Below are positions 11,953-22,239 of a DNA stretch of 64,000 bases, in pieces (the stretch's first letter is position 1; each line of letters starts with the position of its first letter). The notes under the pieces are model-generated. The model was not told where the DNA came from, made no database searches, and saw only the letters and a program-made list of their open reading frames with translations. Source of the stretch: Deltaproteobacteria bacterium (GTDB taxonomy: Bacteria > Myxococcota_A > UBA9160 > UBA6930); the NCBI GenBank assembly GCA_028817435.1, contig JAPPPQ010000005.1, forward strand, positions 3,408 to 67,407. The letters run 5' to 3'. A program made the translations under genes and the position numbers.

Positions 11953-13026
11953 GTGTCAACCGCAAGCGCCGCTACGCTGGACGGCTTGGCGAAACTGGCG
12001 CTGGGGATTGCGCTGGCGGGGCCGGGGGGCGGCTGGCAGCGGGCGCTGCGCGTGGTGGCGCAGGCGGAGGCCCTGGGGCTGCACTCGGTGTGGCTGCCCG
12101 AGGGGCACTTTGAGCGGGGCGCCACGCCCTCTCCGCTGCTGGCGCTCTGCGCCTTTGCGGCGCGGACGCAGCGGCTGCGCCTGGCCACCACCTCGCTGCT
12201 GCTGCCGCTCCACGATCCGCTGCGGGTGGCGGCAGAGGCGGCCACGCTGGACGCCCTTTCGGGGGGGAGGCTGCTGCTGGGCCTGGGGCGCGGCTTCCGG
12301 CCCCGCACTTTCGCCGCCTTCCAGGTCTCCGCCGCCGAAAAGCGCGACCGCTTCGATGCGGCCCTCGACGCCATTTTGGCCGCCTGGCCCGCCGCCGCCG
12401 CCCAGGCCAGCGGCGGGGCGGGCGCGGGCGCGGCCGATGGGGCGGACGGGAGCGCGCGGGACGGCGGGGGGGAGCGAGAGCGCGCGGGGCGGGGGCATCC
12501 GCCGCTGGTGGTGGCTGCTTTTGGGCGGAAGGGGCTGTTGCAGGCGGCGCGGCGCGGGCTGCCCTATCTGGCCTCGCCGCTGGAGAGCCTGGACGCGCTG
12601 GCCGAGAACTACGGCTTTTGGCGCGAGCACCTCGCGCCGTCCGCCGCTGCGGGCGGCCCGGGCGGCGGCCCGCCCGGCGGGGGCGCGGGGGCGGCGGCAA
12701 ATGCCGCGCCGCGTGCGCCGGTTATGCGCACGGTGTTTGTGGCGGCGGACGACGGCGAGGCGGCCCGGGTGCTGGGCGCGCTGGAAGCCGAGGCTGCGGC
12801 CCGGGCGCGCTTTGTGGGGGGCGCGCTGGCCCGCGCCGCGCAGGGCGGCATTGAGGAGCGCGCCATTGTGGGCAGCGCAAACTTTGTGCGCGACGGGCTG
12901 GCCCGCTACCGGGAGCGCCTGGGCATGGATCTGGCCATCGCCCGCAGCGAGGTGCCCGGCGCGAGCGAATCCGCCCGCGATGCCTCTTTGGAGCGCCTGG
13001 CGGCCCGGGTGCTCCCGCAGCTTTGA
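11953..13026 (+). CDS. Luciferase-like (LLM class) flavin-dependent oxidoreductase
   Basis: Track ORF 11830..13026. AEALGLHSVWLPEGHF, SPLLALCAFAARTQRLRLATTSLLLPLHDPLRVAAEAATLDALSGGRLLLGLGRG. The start is uncertain; I chose the in-frame GTG at 11953. Contains Gly/Ala-rich low-complexity inserts. Confidence 0.72.
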   Translation: MSTASAATLDGLAKLALGIALAGPGGGWQRALRVVAQAEALGLHSVWLPEGHFERGATPSPLLALCAFAARTQRLRLATTSLLLPLHDPLRVAAEAATLDALSGGRLLLGLGRGFRPRTFAAFQVSAAEKRDRFDAALDAILAAWPAAAAQASGGAGAGAADGADGSARDGGGERERAGRGHPPLVVAAFGRKGLLQAARRGLPYLASPLESLDALAENYGFWREHLAPSAAAGGPGGGPPGGGAGAAANAAPRAPVMRTVFVAADDGEAARVLGALEAEAAARARFVGGALARAAQGGIEERAIVGSANFVRDGLARYRERLGMDLAIARSEVPGASESARDASLERLAARVLPQL

Positions 13027-13037
13027 GCCGGCGGGGG

Positions 13038-15773
13038 CTACCAGGCGTAGCGCAGGCGCAGATACCAGAGACCGCCGTTGAAGCCGAAGGGCGAGTGCTC
13101 GGGGTAGCGGTTGCCGGCGCTGCGCTGGTAGGGATCCTCGTCGGGATAGCCGTCGAACAGGTTCGCCGCACCCAGCATCAGGGTGGTGTTTTCCTGGATC
13201 TCCCAGGCGATCTCGGCGTCCAGCAGCCACTCCGCGCCGTAGCGGGTGTCGGGCCGGATCTGGAAGTTCTGCTCCGGATGCAGCCAGCCGCCCCAGTAGC
13301 TGAGCCGCAGCAGCGCGCGCCACGCGCCCAGGCGGTAATTGGCATTCAGCACGCCGCGCTGCTCGGGAAGCTGCTCTTCAATTTCAAGGCGGCGCAGGCG
13401 CTCGATGATGGCCGGATCCCACCGCACCACCTCGGTATCCACCCAGCTCCAGGCCAGCGAAACATCGGCCTCGCCGGGACCCAGCGCGCCGCGCCAGGTC
13501 GCCACAAACTCAATGCCCTGCGTCTCGGTGTCGAAGGCGTTGGTGAAGAAGCGAAACTGCTGAAAGACGCGGGCGTCCCGAATGCCGTCGTCCACCAGCG
13601 CCTGGGCAATGTCGCAGAGGCCGTCGCCATCCGAGTCGGGAGAGCCGTCGGGGCAAATGCGGAATTCCTGCGAGAGCGCAATGCGATCATCGAGATCAAT
13701 GCGGAAGTAATCCAGCGTGAATGCCAAACCGCTCACAAATTGCGAAAGGTCATAGTGCATTCCGACAGTGAAGTTCAGCGATTCTTCGGGCTCCAGCTCG
13801 CGCCCGCCGAAGCGCACCGCGAGAGGATCGATGGGCGAGATGGTGCCGAGTTCAATGAGGTCGGTGGTGCCCTCGACGAAGGTGGTGCTGGTGTTGCGGG
13901 CGTTGCGCTGCGCGGGGGTGGGGGCGCGGAAGCCGGTGCTGGCCGTGGCGCGCAGCGAAAGATCGGAGTTCACCGCATAGCGCGCCGCAATTTTTCCGTT
14001 GGTGGTGCCGCCGAAGCTGTCGAAATCTTCGTGGCGCAGCGCCAGGCCGAGCTGGAGTTCGGGGGTGATATCCGCTTCGAGATCTGTGTAGAAGGCGATG
14101 TTGCTGCGGTCAAATTTTCCCTGGGTGCTGGGCGAAAACCCGGGGAAGCCGTTGGAAGCGGCGGTGAAGCCCTGCTGCACCAGCGGACCCTGCCGCCAGG
14201 AAAGTTCGCCGCCGTTCTCAATGGCAAAGCGCTCCTCGCGCCACTCGAAGCCCGCCGCAATGTTGAGCGGCGAGTTGAGGTAGGGCACGGTGAGGGGCAT
14301 GGCGAAATCCAGATTGAAACCGGCATCGCGCTGAATGTATGCGCCCGGATCAAAGCGCCCGCCCTCGGGCTGGTCCGGCCCCAGCGAGGCGTTGACGGTG
14401 TTGTAAATGAAGAAATCCGCACGGCTGCGGGCCTGGCTGAAGCTGGCATCCCAGCGCAGCCCCGAAGCGAGTTCGCCCCGCACCCCCGCCACCAGGCTGG
14501 AGTCGAGCACCTCGCCGCCGAAGCGCGGCGTGAAGCCCGCCGGGTGCAGCTCGTTCATCACAAAGCAGCGCGAGTCGGCGCTCACGGCGTTCAGGGTGTC
14601 GGCGGCAAGGCGCGTCGCCAGGCTGCGGTATTCCGTTTGGCAATCGAAGCCGTCGCTGGCGTCCAGATCGCCGATCAGCCGGAAGGGGCGCGTTTCCGTC
14701 TGAATGCCGAGGCGCGTGGCCGCCGCGGCGCAGTTTTCATCCGCCTGCAGGGCGACGATGGAGCCATCCATGAGGTTCGCGCAGCCGCTGCCCGAGGCGA
14801 AGACGCCGTTGCGCGTATCGGGGTTGCGGTAGTAGAAGCCGCCATCCACCTGGCGCCTGGAGTAGTTGCCGAACATATAGAGTTCGGAATTGCGGGTGAG
14901 CTGCAGGCCGCTGTTCACGACGAAATTCCAGGCGTCGTCCACAACCGGAGAACCCCAGCGCTGCGCGGGTTGCATAATTCCCGTCAACCCTTCCCCGAGC
15001 AGCCGCGCCACATCCCGGCGCTGCACGCTGCGCACGGTTTCCTTTTGCCCCCAGGTTTCAATGGTGGTGTTGACAAAGCCCAGCCTGCCGATGGGCAGGC
15101 CGAAGTTGCCCACCAGCTTCCAGGTTTCGCCGTCGCCCTGGTAGTGGCGGCCCCGGCGCAGTTCAAGGCTGCCGCCCCGCGCGTCGTCTTTCAGAATGAA
15201 ATTCAGCACGCCGGCGATGGCGTCGGAGCCATATTGCGCCGATGCGCCGTCGCGCAGCACCTCGGCCTGCGCCAGCGCCGCCGCGGGAATCGGCGTGAGG
15301 TCGGGTCCCTGCGAGCCTTCGGTGGGGCCGTCGCTGACCCAGGAGAGCACCGCGCCGCGGTGGCGGCGCTTGCCGTTCACCAGCACCAGGGTTTGGTCCG
15401 GCGTGAGCCCGCGCAGCTTGGCGGGACGCACCAGCGTGGAGGCATCGTCAATGGGGTGCGAGTTCACCTGATAGGAGGGCACCGCCGTGCGCAGCAGATC
15501 GTCGAGTTCGGAAAAGCCCTGGTTCTCGAGCTCCTGCGGAGAGATCACATCAATGGGCGAAAGCGAATCCAGCACCGTGCGGTTTTGCCGCCGGGTGCCG
15601 GTGACGACGATCTCTTCGACCGATGCGAGCAGAGCGTCCGCCGATTCCTCGCTCTCTGCGCCCGCGCCGGCAGCGGGTTGCGCGGCGGCCGGCGCCGCCA
15701 GCGCGCAGCAGAGTGCAAACCCGGCGGCGCTGCGAATGAAACTCCATTCCCGAATCTGAATCTCCATGCGCAT
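13038..15773 (-). CDS. TonB-dependent outer-membrane receptor
   Basis: Track ORF 13038..15851; ATG at 15773 preceded by AAGGAA. Signal peptide, then plug region EEIVVTGTRRQNRTVLDSLSPIDVI and LVLVNGKRR. C-terminal aromatic terminus LWYLRLRYAW. Confidence 0.9.
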   Translation of the reverse strand: MRMEIQIREWSFIRSAAGFALCCALAAPAAAQPAAGAGAESEESADALLASVEEIVVTGTRRQNRTVLDSLSPIDVISPQELENQGFSELDDLLRTAVPSYQVNSHPIDDASTLVRPAKLRGLTPDQTLVLVNGKRRHRGAVLSWVSDGPTEGSQGPDLTPIPAAALAQAEVLRDGASAQYGSDAIAGVLNFILKDDARGGSLELRRGRHYQGDGETWKLVGNFGLPIGRLGFVNTTIETWGQKETVRSVQRRDVARLLGEGLTGIMQPAQRWGSPVVDDAWNFVVNSGLQLTRNSELYMFGNYSRRQVDGGFYYRNPDTRNGVFASGSGCANLMDGSIVALQADENCAAAATRLGIQTETRPFRLIGDLDASDGFDCQTEYRSLATRLAADTLNAVSADSRCFVMNELHPAGFTPRFGGEVLDSSLVAGVRGELASGLRWDASFSQARSRADFFIYNTVNASLGPDQPEGGRFDPGAYIQRDAGFNLDFAMPLTVPYLNSPLNIAAGFEWREERFAIENGGELSWRQGPLVQQGFTAASNGFPGFSPSTQGKFDRSNIAFYTDLEADITPELQLGLALRHEDFDSFGGTTNGKIAARYAVNSDLSLRATASTGFRAPTPAQRNARNTSTTFVEGTTDLIELGTISPIDPLAVRFGGRELEPEESLNFTVGMHYDLSQFVSGLAFTLDYFRIDLDDRIALSQEFRICPDGSPDSDGDGLCDIAQALVDDGIRDARVFQQFRFFTNAFDTETQGIEFVATWRGALGPGEADVSLAWSWVDTEVVRWDPAIIERLRRLEIEEQLPEQRGVLNANYRLGAWRALLRLSYWGGWLHPEQNFQIRPDTRYGAEWLLDAEIAWEIQENTTLMLGAANLFDGYPDEDPYQRSAGNRYPEHSPFGFNGGLWYLRLRYAW

Positions 15774-15789
15774 TTTCAAGTTCCTTTCG

Positions 15790-15811
15790 AGTTGCAGTGT
15801 AAGTTGCAGTG
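15790..15811. repeat. Tandem 10-bp direct repeat AGTTGCAGTG x2 (12-bp period) in the hemB / TonB-receptor intergenic gap
   Basis: Read directly: agttgcagtg at 15790-15799 and again at 15802-15811. This lies 17-38 nt upstream of the receptor ATG (15773) on the opposite-strand reading. Confidence 0.6.
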
Positions 15812-15819
15812 CGGATTGT

Positions 15820-16791
15820 TCAGCGCAGCTTCTGCGCCCACTCCTTGGCAAAGTAGGAGATAATCAGGTCTGCGCCAGCGCGTTTGATGCCAATCAGGGA
15901 TTCCCAAACGGCGCGCTCGCCGTCCAGCCAGCCTTGCGCGGCGGCAGCCCGCAGCATCGCATATTCGCCGGAGACCTGGTAGGCGGCCAGCGGCACATCG
16001 AAACTGCGGCGCGCTTCGGCCAGCACATCCAGGTAGGCCAGCGCGGGCTTCACCATCAGCATATCCGCGCCCTCCTCCAGATCCAGGCGCATTTCGCGCA
16101 GCGCCTCTCTGCGGTTGGGCGGATCCATCTGGTAGCTGCGCCGGTCGCCGAAGGCGGGGGCGCTGCCCGCAGCCTCGCGGAAGGGGCCGAACCAGGCGCT
16201 GGCGAACTTGGCGGCGTAGGAGAGGATGGGCGTCTCTGCAAAGCCGTGCCCGTCGAGCCCGGCGCGAATGGCGCCGACGCGGCCGTCCATCATGTCGCTG
16301 GGCGCAATAATGTCTGCGCCGGCGCGGGCCAGCGAAAGCGCGGCCGAGGCCAGGCGCGGCAGCGTCTCGTCGTTCAGCACGCGCTCATTCTCAACCAGCC
16401 CGCAGTGGCCGTGGTCGGTGTATTCGCAGAGACACACATCGGCAATGGCAAGCAGATTTGGCGCGTGCTTCTTGATGGCTGCGTGGGCGCGCTGCGCAAT
16501 GCCGTCCGCCGCATCTGCGCCGCTGCCCCGGGCGTCTTTGTGATTGGGCACGCCAAAGAGCAGCACCGCGGGCACGCCGCAGTCCGCAATCTCCTTGCAC
16601 TCTTCGGCCAGCCGGTCCACCGAGAAGCGGAACTGCCCCGGCATGGCGGCGATGGGCTCGCGGATGCCCGCGCCCTCGACGGCGAAGAGCGGCTGCACCA
16701 GCTCTTCCCGGCGCAGCGCCGTCTCGCGCACCAGGCCGCGCATGGCCCCGCTGCGCCGCAGGCGGCGCAGCCGCGTCACGGGGAAGCTCAT
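15820..16791 (-). CDS. hemB: Porphobilinogen synthase (delta-aminolevulinate dehydratase)
   Basis: 3' part of track ORF 15820..18969; ATG at 16791 ([13 protein letters not shown]). Zn-type Cys cluster [14 protein letters not shown]. Schiff-base lysine region [19 protein letters not shown] overlap with the upstream gene's stop. Confidence 0.93.
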   Translation of the reverse strand: MSFPVTRLRRLRRSGAMRGLVRETALRREELVQPLFAVEGAGIREPIAAMPGQFRFSVDRLAEECKEIADCGVPAVLLFGVPNHKDARGSGADAADGIAQRAHAAIKKHAPNLLAIADVCLCEYTDHGHCGLVENERVLNDETLPRLASAALSLARAGADIIAPSDMMDGRVGAIRAGLDGHGFAETPILSYAAKFASAWFGPFREAAGSAPAFGDRRSYQMDPPNRREALREMRLDLEEGADMLMVKPALAYLDVLAEARRSFDVPLAAYQVSGEYAMLRAAAAQGWLDGERAVWESLIGIKRAGADLIISYFAKEWAQKLR

Positions 16792-18395
16792 GGCAATCCT
16801 CCAAAGTGGCTTTCGAGGGCGGCCACCAGCGCCCCGGCGGAGGGCCGGGCCGCCACCACATTGGGCGGCAGCCCTTCGGCCCGGCAGGCCGCGGCCGTCA
16901 CCGGCCCGATGGCCGCCACCGCCGCCGCCCGCGCCGCCCGCAGGCCGCGCGGCCCCACGGCTGCCGAAAAATGCCGCACGGCGGAGGGGCTGGCAAAAGT
17001 CAACGCGGCCAGCGCTCCCGCCTCCAATTGCCCGCAGAGCGCGGGGCCGTCGAAGGGGGCCGCCTCGGTGCGATACACCGCAATCTCGTCCACCTGTGCC
17101 CCGGCGGCGCGCAGCCCCCGCGACAGCACCTGCCGCCCCCGCGCCGCCCTGGGCAGCAACACCCTGCACCCCGCCAGCCCGCCCCGGGCGAGCAGCGCCG
17201 CCAGCAGCCCCGCCGCGCCCGGCACGGCCCCGGCGGCCGCGCCGACGGATTCCGCCCCGCCGCCCATCTCCCCCGCGCCCGGCCCGGCCCCGGCGGGCGG
17301 GGGGAGAAGCTCGACGGGGAGGCCCGCGCGGGTGGCGGCCTGCGCGGTGGCGGGGCCGACGGCGCAAATGCGCCCCGGCAGCGCGGCGGCAGAGCGGCCC
17401 GCCTGGCGCAAGCAGGCGGCAAAGTGCCGGGCGGCGTTGGCGCTGCACAGGGCGATCAGGCCGTAGCTTTCCAGTTGAGAGAGCGCGCGGGCGATTTCCG
17501 GCGTCCCGCGCAGCGGGGCGATGCGGACCATCGGCAGCGGCACCGGCAGCGCACCGGCGGCGGCCAGGGCGCGCTGCCAGGCTTCCGCCTGCCCGGCCTG
17601 CCGGGTCACCAGCACGCGCCGCCCGAAGAGCGGCAGCGACTCGAACCAGGCCAGCTCGGGGCGCAGCCGCACCACCTCTCCCACCACCAGGGCCGAGGGC
17701 GCGGCAAAGCCGGCTGCCGCGGCGCGCCGGGCGATTTCGGCCAGCGGCGCCACCAGCGTCCGCTGGCGGGCCGTCGCGCCGCGCATCACCAGGGCGGCGG
17801 GGGTCTGGCCGCTGCGCCCGGCGGCGAGCAGCCGGGCGGCAATCTCCGCCAGGTTGCGCGCGCCCATCAGCACCACCAGCGTGTCCGCGCCCCGCGCCAG
17901 CGCCTCCCAGCGAATCTGCTCGCGCACCCGGGTGGGATCTTTGTGGCCGGTGACGACGGCAAAAGAGGCCGCGTGGCGGCGGTCGGTCACCGGAATGCCG
18001 GCGTAGGCCAGCGCGCCAATGGCCGAACTGACGCCGGGCACCACCTCGCAGGGAATGCCGGCGGCGCGGCAGGCGCTGGCCTCTTCGCCGCCGCGCCCGA
18101 ACACATAGGGATCGCCGCCTTTCAGGCGCACCACGCACTTGCCCTGCCGCGCCAGGCGCAGCAGCAGCGCCTCGATGTCGCGCTGGCTGCGGGTGGGCGC
18201 ATCGTGGCCCCGGCGGCCCACATTCACCAGCTCGGCCTGCGGCGGCGCAAGCCCCAGCAGCGCCCGGGGCGCCAGTTCGTCGTAGAGGACGGCATCCGCC
18301 TGCCGCAGCGCCCGCGCGCCGCGCAGGGTAATGAGGTCCGGCGCGCCCGGCCCCGCGCCCACCAAAATCACCCGCCCGCCCGCGCCAGCGCTCAC
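16788..18395 (-). CDS. Bifunctional uroporphyrinogen-III C-methyltransferase / uroporphyrinogen-III synthase
   Basis: Track ORF 16788..18605; GTG at 18395 overlaps the hemC stop (GTGA). The N-terminal half is SUMT ([46 protein letters not shown]). The C-terminal half is HemD-like ([16 protein letters not shown]...[12 protein letters not shown]). Confidence 0.85.
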   Translation of the reverse strand: MSAGAGGRVILVGAGPGAPDLITLRGARALRQADAVLYDELAPRALLGLAPPQAELVNVGRRGHDAPTRSQRDIEALLLRLARQGKCVVRLKGGDPYVFGRGGEEASACRAAGIPCEVVPGVSSAIGALAYAGIPVTDRRHAASFAVVTGHKDPTRVREQIRWEALARGADTLVVLMGARNLAEIAARLLAAGRSGQTPAALVMRGATARQRTLVAPLAEIARRAAAAGFAAPSALVVGEVVRLRPELAWFESLPLFGRRVLVTRQAGQAEAWQRALAAAGALPVPLPMVRIAPLRGTPEIARALSQLESYGLIALCSANAARHFAACLRQAGRSAAALPGRICAVGPATAQAATRAGLPVELLPPPAGAGPGAGEMGGGAESVGAAAGAVPGAAGLLAALLARGGLAGCRVLLPRAARGRQVLSRGLRAAGAQVDEIAVYRTEAAPFDGPALCGQLEAGALAALTFASPSAVRHFSAAVGPRGLRAARAAAVAAIGPVTAAACRAEGLPPNVVAARPSAGALVAALESHFGGLP

Positions 18396-19336
18396 GAGGG
18401 CGCTCCGTGCAGCGCCGCCACAATGGCCGCGCCCTCCCCTGCCAGCAGCTCCCGGGCCAGGCGGCGGCCCGCGGCGGCGGACTCGGCCAGCGGCGCGCTG
18501 CATTCGGCGCGGGCCATTTGCGCGCCGTCGGGGCTGGCCAGCAGCCCCCGCAGCCGCAACCCGCCGGGGGAAAGCTCGGCCAGCGCGGCGATGGGGGTGT
18601 GGCAATCGCCGGCAATTTCGGCCAGGAAGGCGCGCTCTGCCCGCAAGCAGGCGCGGGTCGCGCCGTCCTCAATGGCGCGCAATTCCCCGGCCAGCGGCTC
18701 CCCGGCGCGGGCCTCCACGGCCAATGCGCCCTGCCCCGCGGCGGGCAGCATCTGCTCGGGAGCGAGGCGCTCGGCAATGCGCCCGGCCTGGCCCAGCCGG
18801 TCGAGGCCGGCACAGGCCAGCAGCAGCGCGTCAAAGCGGCCCTCGTCCAGCCGCCGCAGGCGCGTCCCCACATTGCCGCGCAGCGGCGCAATTGCGAGAT
18901 CCGGGCGCAGCGCCCGCAGCTGCGCGGCCCGGCGCGGGCTGCCGGTGCCAATGCGCGCCCCCGGCGCAAGCGCCGCCAGCCGCGCTCCGGGCTGCGCCCC
19001 GGAAAGCGCCCCAGGCCGCGCCACCAGGGCGTCCCGGGGATCGGCCCGGCGCGGCGCGGCCGCCAGCACCAGCCCCGGCGTCAGCGCGGCGGGCAGATCT
19101 TTGGCGCTGTGCACCGCCAAATCGGCGCGCCCCGCCAGCAAGGCGCCCTCAACCTCTGCGGCGAACAGGCCCTTGCCCCCCGCCCCGGCCAGCGGCCCGG
19201 CCAGCCGGTCGCCCCTGGTGCTGATGGGCAGCAATTCGGTGCCGCAGCCCAACTTCTCCTGCAGCGCCGCAGCCACCTGCCGCGCCTGAACCAGCGCCAG
19301 CGCACTGGCGCGGGTGGCGATGCGCAGCGTCCTCAC
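18392..19336 (-). CDS. hemC: Hydroxymethylbilane synthase (porphobilinogen deaminase)
   Basis: Track ORF 18392..19336, GTG start. [27 protein letters not shown], cofactor cysteine region GDCHTPIAA. Confidence 0.92.
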   Translation of the reverse strand: MRTLRIATRASALALVQARQVAAALQEKLGCGTELLPISTRGDRLAGPLAGAGGKGLFAAEVEGALLAGRADLAVHSAKDLPAALTPGLVLAAAPRRADPRDALVARPGALSGAQPGARLAALAPGARIGTGSPRRAAQLRALRPDLAIAPLRGNVGTRLRRLDEGRFDALLLACAGLDRLGQAGRIAERLAPEQMLPAAGQGALAVEARAGEPLAGELRAIEDGATRACLRAERAFLAEIAGDCHTPIAALAELSPGGLRLRGLLASPDGAQMARAECSAPLAESAAAGRRLARELLAGEGAAIVAALHGAPS

Positions 19337-20679
19337 CGCTCTGCAGGCGCCGCCGCCCGCTCGCCGCCCGGCGGCGGGGGCGGGGCGGCGGCCTCGGGGC
19401 CGTCGAGGCCGAAGAGGGCGCGGGCGGCTTCCAGCAGGGCGGGGCTGGCGGCAAATTCGCCCTCGGCGCGCAGCCGGGAAAGCGGCGCGTGCAGCAGCTT
19501 GTTGACCACGGCGCGGGTCACGGCTTCCAGGGCCTCCCGGGAGCCGCCGCCCGCCAGGGCGCGCTCCATTTCCGCGCTGCGGATGGACTCGGCCTGGGCG
19601 CAGAGCGCGCGGATGGTGGGCGCCGCCTCTTGCGCCGCCAGCCAGCCGCTGAAGCGCCGCTGCTCGTCGGCCACAATGTCCTCGGCACGGGCCACCGCAA
19701 GGCCCCGGCCCCTGGCGTTCTGCTCGGCCAGGCGCTGCAGGTCGTCCAAATCGTAGATGTGAATGCCGGCGCCATCCCCGGCCCCCGCCCAGCCGCCCAG
19801 CGCCGGGGGAATGTTGCGGGGAAAGCCGAGATCTACGGCGAAGAGCGGGCGGCGGCGCGCGCGCAGCGCGGCGGACAGCGGCGCAGCGGGCAGCTCGCCG
19901 TCAATGCAGGTGAACAAGATGTCCGCCTGCAGCAACAGCGCCGGCAGCTCCGAAAGATCGTGGGCGCTCACCCCGAAGCGCGCCGCCAGCGCCGACGCCC
20001 GCGCCAGCGTGCGGTTCGCCACCGATACCGCCGCCAGCCCCTTGCGCTGCAGGGCGTCCAGGGCTTCCAGGGCCAGCTCGATCATCTCGCCCGCGCCGAC
20101 CAGCAGGGCGGTTTTGCCCGCCAGCGATTCGAAGATTTGCCCGGCGAGCTGCACCGCCACCCGGGCCACCGACACCGGGCCTTCCGCAATGCGCGTTTCG
20201 CTGCGCACGCGCTTTGCCGTGGCGAAGGCGCGCTGGCAGAGCCGCTCCAGCATGGGGCCGCAAGCGCCGCAGTCCACGGCCGCGCGGTAGGACTGCTTCA
20301 CCTGCCCGAGAATTTGCGGCTCGCCCACCACCATCGAATCCAGCGAAGCCGCCACCCGGAAGAAGCGCCGCACCGCCTCGGAATCCCGGGCCTCGTAGAG
20401 CGCGGCAGACAGCGCCTCCGGCGCCACCGCGCCCCGCGCCAGCGTTTCGCCGAAAAAGGCCCGCAGCCTGCCGCTGGCCGCGCGGGCATCCGCCGTCCAC
20501 ACCAGCGCCTCGACGCGGTTGCAGGTGGAGAGCAGCAGCGCCTCGTGAATCTCCGGCGCGGCCAGCAGCCGGGCCAGCGCGGGGCGTGGATCGGAGACCG
20601 CGTAGCGCTCGCGCAGAGCCAGCGGCGCCGTGTGGTGGCTCATCCCCAGCAGCAGAAACTGCGCGGGGCCGGCGCGCAT
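19333..20679 (-). CDS. hemA: Glutamyl-tRNA reductase
   Basis: 3' part of track ORF 19333..21300; ATG at 20679 (MRAGPAQFLLLGMSHHTAP). Catalytic cysteine motif LLLSTCNRVE and NAD site LLVGAGEMIE. Confidence 0.9.
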   Translation of the reverse strand: MRAGPAQFLLLGMSHHTAPLALRERYAVSDPRPALARLLAAPEIHEALLLSTCNRVEALVWTADARAASGRLRAFFGETLARGAVAPEALSAALYEARDSEAVRRFFRVAASLDSMVVGEPQILGQVKQSYRAAVDCGACGPMLERLCQRAFATAKRVRSETRIAEGPVSVARVAVQLAGQIFESLAGKTALLVGAGEMIELALEALDALQRKGLAAVSVANRTLARASALAARFGVSAHDLSELPALLLQADILFTCIDGELPAAPLSAALRARRRPLFAVDLGFPRNIPPALGGWAGAGDGAGIHIYDLDDLQRLAEQNARGRGLAVARAEDIVADEQRRFSGWLAAQEAAPTIRALCAQAESIRSAEMERALAGGGSREALEAVTRAVVNKLLHAPLSRLRAEGEFAASPALLEAARALFGLDGPEAAAPPPPPGGERAAAPAER

Positions 20680-20681
20680 GG

Positions 20682-21047
20682 TCAGAGCGCGAGGACGGCG
20701 AAGGCAGCCAGCAGGCTGCCCAGCGCGGCGGCGGCGTAGCAGAGCCCGCCCACCAGGCCGTCCCAGCGCAGTCCGCCGAAATCGGTGACCAGGTGGCGCG
20801 CCTGATGCGCCCCGGCCCAGAGCGGCAGCGCCACCGCCGACCAGGCCACGGCGCGCCCCAGCGGCTGGCTCAGTTGATAGTAGAGATGCTCCCAGAGAAT
20901 GGGGAATTCGGCGGCGGGCAACAGGCCCAGGGGAAGGAGCACGCCGGCCACAAGGCACCAGGCGGGGAGCAGCAGCGCGCCCACGAACATACCGCCGCCG
21001 AAGAGGCCCCAGATCAGCGGCTCCAGGCGCAAGAGCAGCCCGCGCAT
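20682..21047 (-). CDS. frdD: Fumarate reductase membrane anchor subunit D
   Basis: 3' part of track ORF 20682..21320; ATG at 21047. From memory, EPLIWGLFGGGMFVGALLLPAWCLVAGVLLPLGL closely parallels E. coli FrdD (EPVFWGLFGAGGMW...LLPLGL). Confidence 0.8.
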   Translation of the reverse strand: MRGLLLRLEPLIWGLFGGGMFVGALLLPAWCLVAGVLLPLGLLPAAEFPILWEHLYYQLSQPLGRAVAWSAVALPLWAGAHQARHLVTDFGGLRWDGLVGGLCYAAAALGSLLAAFAVLAL

Positions 21048-21469
21048 CAGCCCAGCCCCCCAATGCGCCCCGCCAGCCACAGGCCCAGGGCCAGCGATGC
21101 GGCGGCAAAGACGCCGTAGAGCCCCCCCACCAGCAGCCAATCCGGCGGCCTGCGGAAGGGGCCGAGGCGGAAGGGCTGCGTCTTGGGAAACAGCCGGAAA
21201 AAGCGCAGCGCCACCCAGGTGAGCCACACCCCGGCCACGGCGTGCCCGGCAATGCGGAGCGGGTGGCGGAGACCCGCCTGGAATTCGCGCCAGGCGGCAT
21301 CGCCGGAGGCCAGCGCCCACAGCGCGCAGAGCAGCTCGAAGCCCAGCGGCAGCATCAGCGCGCTGCCCATGCCGAAGAGCAGATAGCTGCGGTAGCGCGG
21401 CCCGGCGGGAAAGCGATCCGGCGGGCGCGGCGGCGCCATGGGCGTGGGCGCAGGGCGCGCCGAAGCCAT
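21047..21469 (-). CDS. frdC: Fumarate reductase membrane anchor subunit C
   Basis: 3' part of track ORF 21047..22435; ATG at 21469 (alternative ATG at 21439). Three hydrophobic helices, and position between frdB and frdD. Its stop overlaps the frdD start (TGATG). Confidence 0.7.
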   Translation of the reverse strand: MASARPAPTPMAPPRPPDRFPAGPRYRSYLLFGMGSALMLPLGFELLCALWALASGDAAWREFQAGLRHPLRIAGHAVAGVWLTWVALRFFRLFPKTQPFRLGPFRRPPDWLLVGGLYGVFAAASLALGLWLAGRIGGLG

Positions 21470-21492
21470 GGCCCGCAGCCGCGGAGAGCCGC

Positions 21493-22239
21493 TCACGAGG
21501 CCGCCCGGCGGCGCACCACGAAAGAGCGCGCCCAACTCAGCACATTGGCGAGCTTCGCCTGCTGAATGGCTCCCGCCGGGTCCACATTCTTGGGGCAGAC
21601 TTCGGCGCACTCGTTGGCGTAGGAGCAACTGAAGACTCCGCCCTCGCCGCGCATAATCTCCGCGCGCTGCGCCGCGCCCTCGTCCCGGCTGTCGAGGTTG
21701 TAGCGGTGGGCCGTGGCCAGGGCCGCGGGGCCCAGAAAGTCCGGCTCGTTCGCCACCACCGGGCAGGCCGCGTAACACAACATGCAGTTGATGCACATGC
21801 TGAACTGCTTGAAATCGGCGAGCTCTGCGGGCGACTGGCGGGTGGCGCCCTCTTCCGGCGCGCGCTGCTTCGCCAGCATAATCCAGGGCTTCAGCGCGCC
21901 GAGCTTTTCCAGAAAGCCCTCGAGCTCGACGACCAGATCGCGCACCACGGGGAAGTTGGCCAGCGGCGCCACTTCGACGCGCTCGCCGTAATTGGAAAGG
22001 GGCTCGCGGCAGGTGAGCTTGGGCTCGCCGTTCACATTCATGCCGCAGCTTCCGCACACCGCCATGCGGCAGGACCAGCGGTGCGAGAGCGTGGGATCGA
22101 GGTGATCCTTGATGTAGTTCAGCGCTTCGAGGACCTTCCAGTCCTCTTGCACCGGCACTTCGTATTCCTGGCTGCGCGGCGCATCGTCCCGCTCGGGATC
22201 GAAGCGCGTAACGGCGATGATCTTGGTGTGCTCGGCCAT
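21493..22239 (-). CDS. frdB: Fumarate reductase / succinate dehydrogenase iron-sulfur subunit
   Basis: 3' part of track ORF 21493..22782; ATG at 22239 (MAEHTKIIAV). Cys clusters SCRMAVCGSCGMNVNG, CINCMLCYAACP and CSYANECAEVCPK. Confidence 0.92.
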   Translation of the reverse strand: MAEHTKIIAVTRFDPERDDAPRSQEYEVPVQEDWKVLEALNYIKDHLDPTLSHRWSCRMAVCGSCGMNVNGEPKLTCREPLSNYGERVEVAPLANFPVVRDLVVELEGFLEKLGALKPWIMLAKQRAPEEGATRQSPAELADFKQFSMCINCMLCYAACPVVANEPDFLGPAALATAHRYNLDSRDEGAAQRAEIMRGEGGVFSCSYANECAEVCPKNVDPAGAIQQAKLANVLSWARSFVVRRRAAS

